A DNA stretch of 64,000 nucleotides from Candidatus Micrarchaeota archaeon (lineage in GTDB: Archaea; Micrarchaeota; Micrarchaeia; Anstonellales; Bilamarchaeaceae). This document shows positions 35,871-44,186 of this stretch, piece after piece. The position numbers and the translations under genes are program-made. The stretch's first letter is position 1. Every line of letters starts with the position of its first letter. The notes under the pieces are model-generated. The model was not told where the DNA came from, ran no database searches, and saw nothing but the letters and a program-made list of their open reading frames with translations. The stretch is from assembly GCA_040753215.1 (NCBI GenBank), contig JBFMEZ010000025.1, positions 74,440 through 138,439 on the forward strand, given 5' to 3'.

Positions 35871-36078
35871 AGCCCCGGAGGGGGATTGAACCCCCGACCT
35901 CTCGCTGTCCCGTTTCCGGTTTCCGCATCTCTGCGGAGATGACTCCGCTTCTCTGCGGAGAAGACTGGCAGAATCCTTCGGGATTCCGCCATGGCAGAAA
36001 CCTGCTGGTTTCCGCCATCCTGTTTCCAGTTCCGAACCGGATTACGAGGCGAGCGCTCTACCGCTGAGCTACCGAGGC
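35871..36078 (-). tRNA. tRNA-Thr (anticodon CGT) with ~136-nt intron (about 35906-36041) in the anticodon loop at or near position 37/38
   Basis: Exon 1 reads GCCTCGGTAGCTCAGCGGTAGAGCGCTCGCCTCGTAA and exon 2 reads GCGAGAGGTCGGGGGTTCAATCCCCCTCCGGGGCT. The anticodon stem is ctcgc/gcgag with loop ctCGTaa. The intron contains a family-A repeat copy. Confidence 0.7.
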
Positions 36079-36080
36079 GC

Positions 36081-36174
36081 AAAGAGGAAGGGGGAAGCGT
36101 TCCCCCTTCTCTTTAGCGTAATCATAACTCCCTTCAACTTTGCTTAGGGGATGCTTTGCTCGTACTCCTTACGC
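36081..36174 (+). repeat. Family B repeat, copy B5, directly upstream of the tRNA-Thr 5' end
   Basis: Reads aaagaggaagggggaagcgttcccccttctctttagcgtaatcataac...ctttgctcgtactccttacgc. Confidence 0.75.
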
Positions 36175-36304
36175 ATTTCTTTGCTCCCCAACTTTTATTA
36201 AATTGAGGAGAACGCCAGGAGCAGGATTTGAACCTGCAATCCCTTGCGGGACTCGTTTTCGAGACGAGCGCGTTCACCGGGCTCCGCCATCCTGGCAGCA
36301 ATTA

Positions 36305-36982
36305 TTATACTCCGCTTATTTTCTTAAACCTGATTGCATCCTCGCCCATAGTAATGTTGTTGAAGAATACGTACTCCGCTCCCCTCGTTTTCTTTGCAAT
36401 TTCCTTTAGCTCCGCATCGCTGAATGTATAATAATACATCATCCTTTCTCCCAATCCGTGCAATCTGTAATACCCAATTTTCCGATGAAAACTCTCCTGC
36501 CTCAAAGGGTCCACAATATGCTCCAGCTCTAGTTCTTCAAATAGGGGCTCCGCAATCTCCCGTGTCCAGTCCTTGCTCCATCTCACCTCCCACCCCAGCC
36601 TAAACTCTTCCCGCTTAATCTTCCCGAAGAATTTCCTCGCCCTCGCAATATTCTCCTTCGTAGGCTTAAATGAAGCAGGAGATTGGAAAACCAGAAAGTC
36701 CGCCCTCAACAATTCCGCAACTTTCTTCGTCTCCCAAAATGCCTTCACCGATTCCGCTCCTCTAAACCTGTCAAAATGCGTCACAGTTCGCAAAACCTTC
36801 AGCGTAAACTCAAACTCCGGATTCACCGAATCCGCCTTCGCCCTCCACTTCTCCGCGGTCTTCAGCATAGGCAGTTTATAGAAGGTGGAATTCACCTCCA
36901 CCGCAGGAAATGCATGCACATAATTCAGCAGCCTGTCTCCCCTCTCAGGAAAAGAAGACCATCCGCAGGTTCCTATTTTCAT
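36305..36982 (-). CDS. DUF72 family protein
   Basis: The N-terminus reads MKIGTCGWS and a YRLHG motif is present. Confidence 0.7.
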   Translation of the reverse strand: MKIGTCGWSSFPERGDRLLNYVHAFPAVEVNSTFYKLPMLKTAEKWRAKADSVNPEFEFTLKVLRTVTHFDRFRGAESVKAFWETKKVAELLRADFLVFQSPASFKPTKENIARARKFFGKIKREEFRLGWEVRWSKDWTREIAEPLFEELELEHIVDPLRQESFHRKIGYYRLHGLGERMMYYYTFSDAELKEIAKKTRGAEYVFFNNITMGEDAIRFKKISGV

Positions 36983-36987
36983 AGCAC

Positions 36988-37494
36988 TCACAAGAATTTG
37001 CTCATCACGCACACATCCTTGCCGCCCCAGTGCTTCCTCAGCCTCGCCTCTTCCTTATAACCCCTGCTCTTATAGAATTTGTACGCATTAATCGTGGGCA
37101 AAGTCCAAAGATAAATCTTCACGCACTTGTTCTTTCTCGCCATCTCCTCGCACTTTTCCAGCAATTCCGTGCCTATCCCGCTTCTCCTGCGTCCCTTCGC
37201 AACAGCAAAAGCGCCCACGCTAGCGACCTTCCTCCCCACACGCAGCGAAATCGCCCCGACTATCCTGCCCCCTTCCTTGGCGGATAAAAAGTACCTTTTT
37301 TCCTTATTAGAAAATGTCTTGTAATAATCCGCCCCGGCCTTGGGCCCGAAGAAATCCATGAAAAAGCCCTTCATCTCCCTGCCTACGAATTTTCTGTACG
37401 CCTTTTTGGAAACAGGAGCTATTCTCATGCTGGGCTTACGAAGCCAAAGGCTAAAAATCAGATTGCGGTTCCGGGTAGTCCACGCCCGCCGCAA
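36988..37494 (-). CDS. GNAT family N-acetyltransferase
   Basis: The acetyltransferase fold shows in AFAVAKGRRRSGIGTELL. The start is uncertain. Confidence 0.65.
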   Translation of the reverse strand: MRRAWTTRNRNLIFSLWLRKPSMRIAPVSKKAYRKFVGREMKGFFMDFFGPKAGADYYKTFSNKEKRYFLSAKEGGRIVGAISLRVGRKVASVGAFAVAKGRRRSGIGTELLEKCEEMARKNKCVKIYLWTLPTINAYKFYKSRGYKEEARLRKHWGGKDVCVMSKFL

Positions 37495-37549
37495 TTCCCT
37501 ATTGTGTCATATTATGTATTTTTATATTCTATCAGGCATAAATCAACTA

Positions 37550-38533
37550 ATGGGCGATTATGTTTCCCGCAATGCCAATCCTGTCCTTAAGAGCATAGCG
37601 CCGGTTGTCGAACGTTCGGTGCATGTCCGGATAGACTGGGACCGGTTAAAGCAATTTGCCAGCCGGTTCATGGAAGGCAACATAAGGCACTGGGTGGCAG
37701 CCTCCCACGTCGACCTCTCAGGCATGGGCGCCGATGAGAAACTAGCTTTCCTATTCGTCTTCAATTCGATCAGCTTCAGCTACTGGGGCAGCCCGAAATG
37801 GTCGGTTCCGCTCGAGGGCGTGCCCCAGCGCGGAACCCTCTACATGCTCCACTGCCTGCGCAGGGCGGTGGCCGAAGGGAAGCCCATCCTGAACCCAGAC
37901 TACCTCGCCACAATCCGCAGGGAGGAACTCGCGGAAATCCTGAAAGGAACCCCTGAAATCCCTCTTCTCGACGCGCGCAACAATATACTCCGGCAGCTGG
38001 GCAGCGTGACCGCCACCGGCTGGGGCGGCAAATTTTCAAATTACCTGGAAGCCGCATGTGGGGATGCGGTGGACCTCCTACTGGTCATTGAACACGCCCT
38101 GCCGTCTTTCTGGGATGAGCCATGTTACGGAAATGATGGCGTGAGGGTTTTCTTCTACAAGCGCGCCCAGCTTCTGGTTTCAGATATCCATGCAGTATTC
38201 AACGGCGAGGGATACGGTGATTTAGTGCGCACCGAAAAACTGACCGCATGCGCCGACTATATTCTCCCCATGGTTCTCAGGCACCATGGCATACTCGTGT
38301 ACAGCCCTGTTCTCGCGGATGTTGTCGATAACGGAGTTGAGGTCAAAAACGGCAGCGATGAAGAAATCGAGATAAGGGCCAACACCGTATTTGCGGTAGA
38401 ACTGCTAAAGAGCGAGCTTCTTGGGAGGTTTCCGGGCATAACCTCCATGCAACTGAACGATTATCTCTGGCTCTCAAGAACAAGGCTTCCAGAAGGCGTG
38501 AAACATCATCTCACAAGGACAACTGCCTACTGA
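37550..38533 (+). CDS. DUF2419 / Qng1-like protein (queuosine 5'-phosphate N-glycosylase/hydrolase family)
   Basis: Several segments align to human C9orf64/QNG1: VFFYKRAQLLVSDIHAVFNGEGYGD, ADYILPMVLRHHGILVYS, EEIEIRANTVFAVELLK, and LNDYLW. A TATA-like TTTTTATATT lies about 25 nt upstream of the MGDYV start. Confidence 0.65.
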   Translation: MGDYVSRNANPVLKSIAPVVERSVHVRIDWDRLKQFASRFMEGNIRHWVAASHVDLSGMGADEKLAFLFVFNSISFSYWGSPKWSVPLEGVPQRGTLYMLHCLRRAVAEGKPILNPDYLATIRREELAEILKGTPEIPLLDARNNILRQLGSVTATGWGGKFSNYLEAACGDAVDLLLVIEHALPSFWDEPCYGNDGVRVFFYKRAQLLVSDIHAVFNGEGYGDLVRTEKLTACADYILPMVLRHHGILVYSPVLADVVDNGVEVKNGSDEEIEIRANTVFAVELLKSELLGRFPGITSMQLNDYLWLSRTRLPEGVKHHLTRTTAY

Positions 38534-38559
38534 AACTGGAAACCGAGAACTGGATGCTG
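38521..38559 (-). terminator. T-rich heptamer array 3' of tRNA-Gly(GCC)
   Basis: The transcribed strand reads aaatcagttttcagcatccagttctcggtttccagtttca. Confidence 0.45.
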
Positions 38560-38630
38560 AAAACTGATTTGCGGCCGCCGGGATTTGAACCCGGGTCGCC
38601 AGATTGGCAATCTGGAATCCTACCGCTAGA
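38560..38630 (-). tRNA. tRNA-Gly (anticodon GCC)
   Basis: Reads GCGGCCGTAGTCTAGCGGTAGGATTCCAGATTGCCAATCTGGCGACCCGGGTTCAAATCCCGGCGGCCGCA. The anticodon stem is ccaga/tctgg with loop ttGCCaa. Confidence 0.85.
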
Positions 38631-38633
38631 CTA

Positions 38634-38768
38634 CGGCCGCTCCAAGAGGAAGGGGGAGCGCCCCCTTCTCTCTAGGGTACTCATAACCCCCCATCAATTG
38701 CGGGGCTGTGAATTCATTCTGACCCCCTCCCACTTCACTTTGCAATGCTTTACTCGTACTCCTTACGC
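38634..38768 (+). repeat. Family B repeat, copy B6 (long form), upstream of tRNA-Gly(GCC)
   Basis: Reads aagaggaagggggagcgcccccttctctctagggtactcataa...cattctgaccccctcccacttcactttgcaatgctttactcgtactccttacgc. Confidence 0.75.
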
Positions 38769-38853
38769 ATAGGGGCGTGCATCTCTTCTAACCGAAGAGC
38801 ATTCCTATTTTCCAATAAAACCTTTTATTAACTTTCTTGCAGCAATTTGCTCC

Positions 38854-39924
38854 GTGAATTCTGTCCATATAATCGGCGCAGGGCCTGCTGGCGCAGTCGC
38901 CGCAATCTCAGCCCTCCGCGAGGGTCACAGAGTAGAAATGAGCGAGGAGCACCCTACTCCCGGCTTTCCTGTTGACTGCTCCGGCCTTGTTTCTAGGGAA
39001 GGCCTGGAATCCCTCTCCGGCCTGGTTGATTACAGGAACCACACCATCAACCCAATTCACGGCGCAATCCTGGATTTCTCCGGCCACACCCTCAGGATAG
39101 ATGCTAGGAAGCCGGTCGCATTCGTAATCAACCGCGCTTCCTTCGACCTCTCCCTCTCCAAAAAGGCCGAATCCGAAGGCGCAAGATTAATCTGCAATGA
39201 GCGCATCTCCTCCCAATTCCGCGGCGATTCCATAATAGGCGCAGACGGCCCCAATTCATCAGTCGCTTCCCATTTCCAATTCCCGCAAATCCGCCGCTTC
39301 GTCCTCACCGCCCGCTGCACCGTAAAATATGATGGGGAAAATCCCCATTCCATCCGCGCCTACCTCTCCAACAAGCTCTCTCCCGGCTTCTTCTCCTGGC
39401 TCATCCCCCACAATGAGGAATACGCGGAAATGGGAACGGGTGTCCTCCTTCCCAAAAACCCACTCCCGTCCCTCCATTCCCTCTCCAGAAGAACAGGAAT
39501 CCCGCTCCCAAAGGAAATCCGCTTCGCCCTTATCCCTCTCGAATGCAGGAAGAAAACCTCCCTCCGCTCCGCAGGAAAATCCGTCCTTCTCGCAGGAGAT
39601 GCAGCCGGCCAGGTAAAATCCACCACCGGAGGAGGGGTCTTCTTCGGAACCTCCTGCGCCCGCCTCGCGGGAAGGCATGCATTCTTCCCCGAAGTATACG
39701 AGAAGGAATGGAGAGCCCTGCACGGGAAAGACCTGCGCCTCCACAAATTTGCCCATCGCCTCTACGGCCTGCTCCCCGACCCGCCCATGAACCTCGCAGG
39801 GAAAGCCCTCTCTTTCTTCAAAGTGGAGAGATACCTGGAGGAAAGGGGGCAGATGGACAGGCCGACGGAAATCCTCCGCCCTTCCCTCCTGGGGCACACC
39901 TTCTCCTCGCTGATGCAAAAATAG
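38854..39924 (+). CDS. FAD-dependent oxidoreductase, geranylgeranyl reductase family
   Basis: The N-terminus reads HIIGAGPAGAVAA (Rossmann FAD motif), and the GDAAG motif is present. Confidence 0.7.
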   Translation: MNSVHIIGAGPAGAVAAISALREGHRVEMSEEHPTPGFPVDCSGLVSREGLESLSGLVDYRNHTINPIHGAILDFSGHTLRIDARKPVAFVINRASFDLSLSKKAESEGARLICNERISSQFRGDSIIGADGPNSSVASHFQFPQIRRFVLTARCTVKYDGENPHSIRAYLSNKLSPGFFSWLIPHNEEYAEMGTGVLLPKNPLPSLHSLSRRTGIPLPKEIRFALIPLECRKKTSLRSAGKSVLLAGDAAGQVKSTTGGGVFFGTSCARLAGRHAFFPEVYEKEWRALHGKDLRLHKFAHRLYGLLPDPPMNLAGKALSFFKVERYLEERGQMDRPTEILRPSLLGHTFSSLMQK

Positions 39925-39973
39925 CAATATTTATAAACAACCTCGAACCCACTATTCCCGCACAAGGTGGCGT

Positions 39974-40474
39974 ATGATAATCCGGTATGAACAGACGAAA
40001 TCAAAGGAAGAGCAGCCGGAGCACAACGGCTTCCCCCACCTTCCGCAGTATACGCTCCCGATGCTGCCCCACCACTACGAAGAGCTCCCGCGCCACCACA
40101 AGGACCAGGTCGTCTGGTCCTACGTCCCCTGGATAAGGGAATCGCGCACAGATTTCTACGAAATCCTCGCCCTGCCGCAGGAGGAGCGCCTCAGGATATA
40201 CGAGCGCATAGTGCTCGGCCACAGCGTGAACATAGCCGGTGAGGTCGCCCGGGTCGAGCTGAAGAGCCCCAAGACAGGCAGGGTAACCCGCTCCACGGAG
40301 AGGGACGTGAGGAAGGTCATCTCCTATATAGAGGAAAACCCGGACATAAAGGCCGAGCAGCTCGTCGGCTACGTCCAGCCTAAGGTTTTCAGCCGCCTCA
40401 TGCTATACATAAAATTCTCCGGGAACAACCAGGCGTCGCTCAGGAAATTCTTCGAAGGGCTCCTGAAGGAATAA
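39974..40474 (+). CDS. Hypothetical protein
   Basis: 166-aa ORF with no recognised domain. Confidence 0.35.
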   Translation: MIIRYEQTKSKEEQPEHNGFPHLPQYTLPMLPHHYEELPRHHKDQVVWSYVPWIRESRTDFYEILALPQEERLRIYERIVLGHSVNIAGEVARVELKSPKTGRVTRSTERDVRKVISYIEENPDIKAEQLVGYVQPKVFSRLMLYIKFSGNNQASLRKFFEGLLKE

Positions 40475-40511
40475 GTAGCTTTCTCTTCAAATCAATCCAT
40501 CTGGTGCATCT

Positions 40512-40790
40512 ATGGAATATATCATACTCTCACCCTGCACAACCGCAAAGACCCGGGAACTCCGCATGCGCGGCAGGATAGACATCCGCAAGGCGGAGAA
40601 AGCCCTCCCCCCGGAAGCTGATATCCTCGCGTTCACAGAAGTGTTCCTTTCCCTCGCCTACAAGGGAAAACCCTTCTCCCTCTACCCCTCCGGAAAGATA
40701 ATAGTGAAGGATTCGGAGGCGGAAGAGGCGAAGTCCCTTCTGAAGGAGATGTTCTCCCTTTTAGAGAGAAAAGGGTGCCTGAGTGAGTAG
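40512..40790 (+). CDS. Small hypothetical protein
   Basis: 92-aa ORF. Confidence 0.3.
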   Translation: MEYIILSPCTTAKTRELRMRGRIDIRKAEKALPPEADILAFTEVFLSLAYKGKPFSLYPSGKIIVKDSEAEEAKSLLKEMFSLLERKGCLSE

Positions 40791-40808
40791 CCAGTCCCCC
40801 GTTTCCAC

Positions 40809-40900
40809 ATCGCTTCGCGATGACTCCATGTTGCCTCGGCAACAACTGGCGAAGTTCTGCGGAACTTCACCATGGCAGAAACCTTCCGGGTTTCCGCCAT
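40809..40900 (+). repeat. Family A repeat, copy A4, overlapping the 5' end of the PHP gene
   Basis: Reads atcgcttcgcgatgactccatgttgcctcggcaacaactggcgaagttctgcggaacttcaccatggcagaaaccttccgggtttccgccat. Confidence 0.8.
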
Positions 40901-41538
40901 CCAGTTTCCCGAAGCTAAACATTGACTTCCACGTGCACACCTCCTTCTCTTCGGATGGAAGGATAAAATTAGCTGAACTCGCCTCCCTTTCCAAACAATT
41001 CGGAATAATCCCCGCCCTCACCGACCACAACAACATGGATGCCTGCTCCCCCTTCAAAAAATTCGAAATCCCCTTCATCCCCGGAGAGGAAATCCGCGTT
41101 GCACAGGGCGATTTCATAGGCCTCTTCCTCTCCGAGCCGATTCCTGAAGGGATAGATTTCTACGAAGCCCTCGACTTAATCCGTGCGCAGGGAGCCCTCG
41201 CTTATGTCCCGCACATGTTCGACGCACTCCGCCCCGGAGTAGTAAAGGAGGAATACGGAAAAGCCGCAGACATAATAGAAGTATTCAACGCCCGCTCCTT
41301 CGCCCGCTTCGACAGGCAGGCAGAAGAATTCGCCAAAAGGGAAGGCAAATTAATGGCGGCAGGAAGCGACGCCCACTTCCCGTTCGAATTCGGGCACACT
41401 TATACCGAATTAAGCCTCACCCCAGACCAACTGGAACCCAAATCTCTTCTCCGCGCTTTAAAGAATGCGAGAATAGCAGGAAAGCGCACTTCTTTTCTCA
41501 AGAGGAAAATAGCGAAATATACCGGAATCTACATCTAA
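40828..41538 (+). CDS. PHP-domain phosphoesterase; the only in-frame ATG lies inside repeat A4
   Basis: The PHP motif begins at LNIDFHVHTSFSSDG, with a later GSDAH motif. No ATG/GTG/TTG lies between the repeat and the first His motif. The annotated N-terminus MLPRQQLAKFCGTSPWQKPSGFPPSSFPK is therefore repeat-encoded. Confidence 0.6.
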   Translation: MLPRQQLAKFCGTSPWQKPSGFPPSSFPKLNIDFHVHTSFSSDGRIKLAELASLSKQFGIIPALTDHNNMDACSPFKKFEIPFIPGEEIRVAQGDFIGLFLSEPIPEGIDFYEALDLIRAQGALAYVPHMFDALRPGVVKEEYGKAADIIEVFNARSFARFDRQAEEFAKREGKLMAAGSDAHFPFEFGHTYTELSLTPDQLEPKSLLRALKNARIAGKRTSFLKRKIAKYTGIYI

Positions 41539-42509
41539 AGGAACTCCCTAATCGGGTTCAGCATCCTCTCTTCTATCGCAGAAATATATTTGTGGTTCCC
41601 AATCACATGCCCGAATTTGGTCTTTACCCCGCTTATGAACCTGTGCAGCTCAGCCGTATTCTCCACAATCACATCCACCTCAATGTCCCAGCTCCCTATG
41701 CACTTGTTCAGGAACACCACATTATCATGCTCAAGGCAGAAGCCCAGGAACTCCTTCTCCTTTTCTCTCGTAATGCTTCTAAAGTTTATCAAAATCTTAT
41801 AGTACTCAAACCCCATCCTCTTCGCATCAAACCACGCCGTATACCCAAGTATGAACCCCTCTCTAGTAAGCCGGTCCATCCTATACCTCACCGCATCAGG
41901 GGTGAGCCCAACCTTCCCAGCCAAATCCACCGTCGTCGCCCTCGCATCCCCATACAATGAAGCCAGTATCTTCATATCCGTTTCATCCCGCTTCTCTGCC
42001 TCCACCACCCTCTCCAGCGGGAACTCCGGGTGCCTCTCCCCTCCCACCGCCCTGTTCCACGATAAATATGTCTGGTACGTAGTAGTGACGACCGTCTTCT
42101 CCACAATCCTCGCCCCAAACCTTTCCGTCATCATATTTATCGCATCCTCCACCTCCTTCTCGTCCCTCGCTACAATCCTCCACAGCACGTCATACGCCCC
42201 CTCGCATACCACCCCCCAGAGCGTCCGCTTGTAGGATTCGAACAGCGCCACCACCTCCTTCTCCGCCTTCTCATCGAACACGTCAAATCTCAGGTAAATC
42301 CTGTATGCCTTGAAGCCCAGCTTCGCAAGGTTGACGTCAGCAAACAGCAGCGATATTGTGCCCGCCTCTCTGAGCTGCCTCATCCTCCGCTCCACTGCGC
42401 TGCTGCTCATCGGGGCGGTAATCCAGATGCTTTGACATTTTCTTTCTTTTATTTTTTCTGCATTATAATGCATAAAAATATGCAAAATTGTTTCGATGCT
42501 TTCCACCAA
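41535..42509 (-). CDS. Tandem-duplicated Lrp/AsnC family transcriptional regulator (two HTH_AsnC plus RAM units)
   Basis: Two HTH_AsnC segments (SSSAVERRMRQLREAGTI and ARATTVDLAGKVGLTPDAVRYRMDRLTREGFILGY) are each followed by a RAM-like domain. Confidence 0.65.
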   Translation of the reverse strand: MVESIETILHIFMHYNAEKIKERKCQSIWITAPMSSSAVERRMRQLREAGTISLLFADVNLAKLGFKAYRIYLRFDVFDEKAEKEVVALFESYKRTLWGVVCEGAYDVLWRIVARDEKEVEDAINMMTERFGARIVEKTVVTTTYQTYLSWNRAVGGERHPEFPLERVVEAEKRDETDMKILASLYGDARATTVDLAGKVGLTPDAVRYRMDRLTREGFILGYTAWFDAKRMGFEYYKILINFRSITREKEKEFLGFCLEHDNVVFLNKCIGSWDIEVDVIVENTAELHRFISGVKTKFGHVIGNHKYISAIEERMLNPIREFL

Positions 42510-42613
42510 TTGATACGCATTCTATTAAATCAATTTGAACAAATGACCATCAAAATATGAAATCAATTTTATAAAATGCATATATTTAAAAGGAATTAGC
42601 CCGTAATACTTAC

Positions 42614-43816
42614 ATGGACCAGGAACTCATTGAACTCAACAACGAAGCAAAAAAGGAAGGCAAAAAATACGCAAAAAAAAGGTTCATCTACCCGAAAATA
42701 GCCGCAGGGCTGGCGGAGCGCGAACACACTGCCCTCGTTGGCCCGAGGGGCGCGGGGAAGACAATCCTGCTTAAGCAGCTTCTTGCGGGCAACGAAAGCG
42801 CATTCTATGTTTCACTGGACACCTCAAGGATAGAAGGCGGGCTGTTCAGGCTTGCAAAAGAGCTATCGGATTCCGGCATCAAGCTGCTCCTTCTGGACGA
42901 GATACACGGCTATCCCGGCTACGATTTGGAGCTCAAGAGGATTTACGATTTCCTGGGAATCAAGATTGTCTTGACCAGTTCTTCTGCCCTTACCCTCCAC
43001 GAGCTGGCGGCCGACCTCTCCAGGAGGATGCGCATCATAAAAATCAGGCCGTTCTCCTTCAGGGAATACCTGTTCTTCCAGAACGATGAGCTGCTGGAGC
43101 CCCTCAGCTTCGTGCAGTTATCCGATGAGAAATCTTCACGGGAATATCTGGGCAGAGCCCTCCATGCTGAACCCCGCCTGGAAGAATACATGAAGGGAAG
43201 GAATTATCCGCTGGCGCTCGGGAGGCAGGATTTCCTGCCGTTGTTCAGGAACATCCTTGAAACAGTCATAAACAGGGACCTGATCAGGACAGGGAAGGTC
43301 AGCCACGACGAAACCCTCCATATCGCCAGGCTCGTGGCATATCTCGGCAAATCCCATCCGGAGGATATGAACTACACATCCATTGCAAAGAACATAGGCA
43401 TAAGCAGGCATATGGCCGAAAAATACGTGGGTCTGCTGGAAAAGGCATTCGTGTTGCATGTGGTGCCGCCGGAAGGGCAGGGCGTCATGAAGGAGCCCAA
43501 GGTGCTCATTGCCCTCCCGTACCGCCTCCTCTATCGCCCATACGAGGAGTGCATCGGAGCCCTGCGCGAGGACTTTTTCGTCGATTCTGCCGTCTGGCTC
43601 GGCTTCGGCCCAAAATATCTCAAAACCAACCGTGGGGAAAAAACCCCGGACTATGCGATTGACGATACGGTTTTTGAAATAGGAGGACCAGGCAAGGGGC
43701 ATTCCCAGTTCAAGGGGTTCGCACTGAAGAGGAAGATAATACTGACACATCCCGGAATGCTTGATGCAATGCGCCGGCCACTATTCTTCATGGGCTTGCT
43801 GGAAGAAGGGCAGTGA
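42614..43816 (+). CDS. AAA ATPase of the AAA_14/DUF4143 family (COG1373)
   Basis: Walker A reads GPRGAGKT and Walker B reads LLLDEIH. A C-terminal DUF4143-like domain is present. Confidence 0.7.
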   Translation: MDQELIELNNEAKKEGKKYAKKRFIYPKIAAGLAEREHTALVGPRGAGKTILLKQLLAGNESAFYVSLDTSRIEGGLFRLAKELSDSGIKLLLLDEIHGYPGYDLELKRIYDFLGIKIVLTSSSALTLHELAADLSRRMRIIKIRPFSFREYLFFQNDELLEPLSFVQLSDEKSSREYLGRALHAEPRLEEYMKGRNYPLALGRQDFLPLFRNILETVINRDLIRTGKVSHDETLHIARLVAYLGKSHPEDMNYTSIAKNIGISRHMAEKYVGLLEKAFVLHVVPPEGQGVMKEPKVLIALPYRLLYRPYEECIGALREDFFVDSAVWLGFGPKYLKTNRGEKTPDYAIDDTVFEIGGPGKGHSQFKGFALKRKIILTHPGMLDAMRRPLFFMGLLEEGQ

Positions 43817-43920
43817 CCAGGGAAGATATCCGCAGATTTGCAGCCTCAGATTGTCGGTTATGGAAGGAAAAAATCCGCAAAAGTTTCCTTCCATGTTAGA
43901 CGCCTTATAGCATCGTTTTT

Positions 43921-44122
43921 CACTGAACCTCCACGGCTCGGTCACACCTTGTAGTCGCCTGCGTGGCGGCGATAGGTCTGCCTAGCCATTGGGTGCGGCT
44001 ACAAGGTGTGAGGAAGCCTCGGCATTTATGCCGGGGAGGAGAGCCGAGGCTTCCTCTAAAGGCAGCAGGAATACATCTGCCCTTTATCTACGAAGAAGCC
44101 ACGGCCTTTAGTGGAGGTTCAC
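43921..44122 (+). repeat. Family C ~200-nt structured repeat, copy C1
   Basis: 99% identical to 46120-46325. The ends (cactgaacctccac...gtggaggttcac) are inverted-repeat-like and can pair. It has internal hairpins (gaggaagcctcggc/gccgaggcttcctc and caccttgtag/ctacaaggtg). Confidence 0.8.
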
Positions 44123-44186
44123 AAAACGCTTATTTAAGAAGATACCATTAATCGCAAAAACGATAAATGACTCGGTCCGACGATGA

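Noticed and set aside
43921-44122. Family C as RNase P RNA or SRP RNA
   Set aside because: No P4/CR-I-type conserved motifs and no SRP helix-8 GGAA...AGCAGC signature were seen. Two identical copies would be unusual for these single-copy RNAs.
43963-44151. 62-aa ORFs (also 46162..46347) inside both family C repeats
   Set aside because: The peptide is identical only because the DNA is identical. The element is dominated by extended RNA/DNA helices and has no start context, so it is more likely non-coding.
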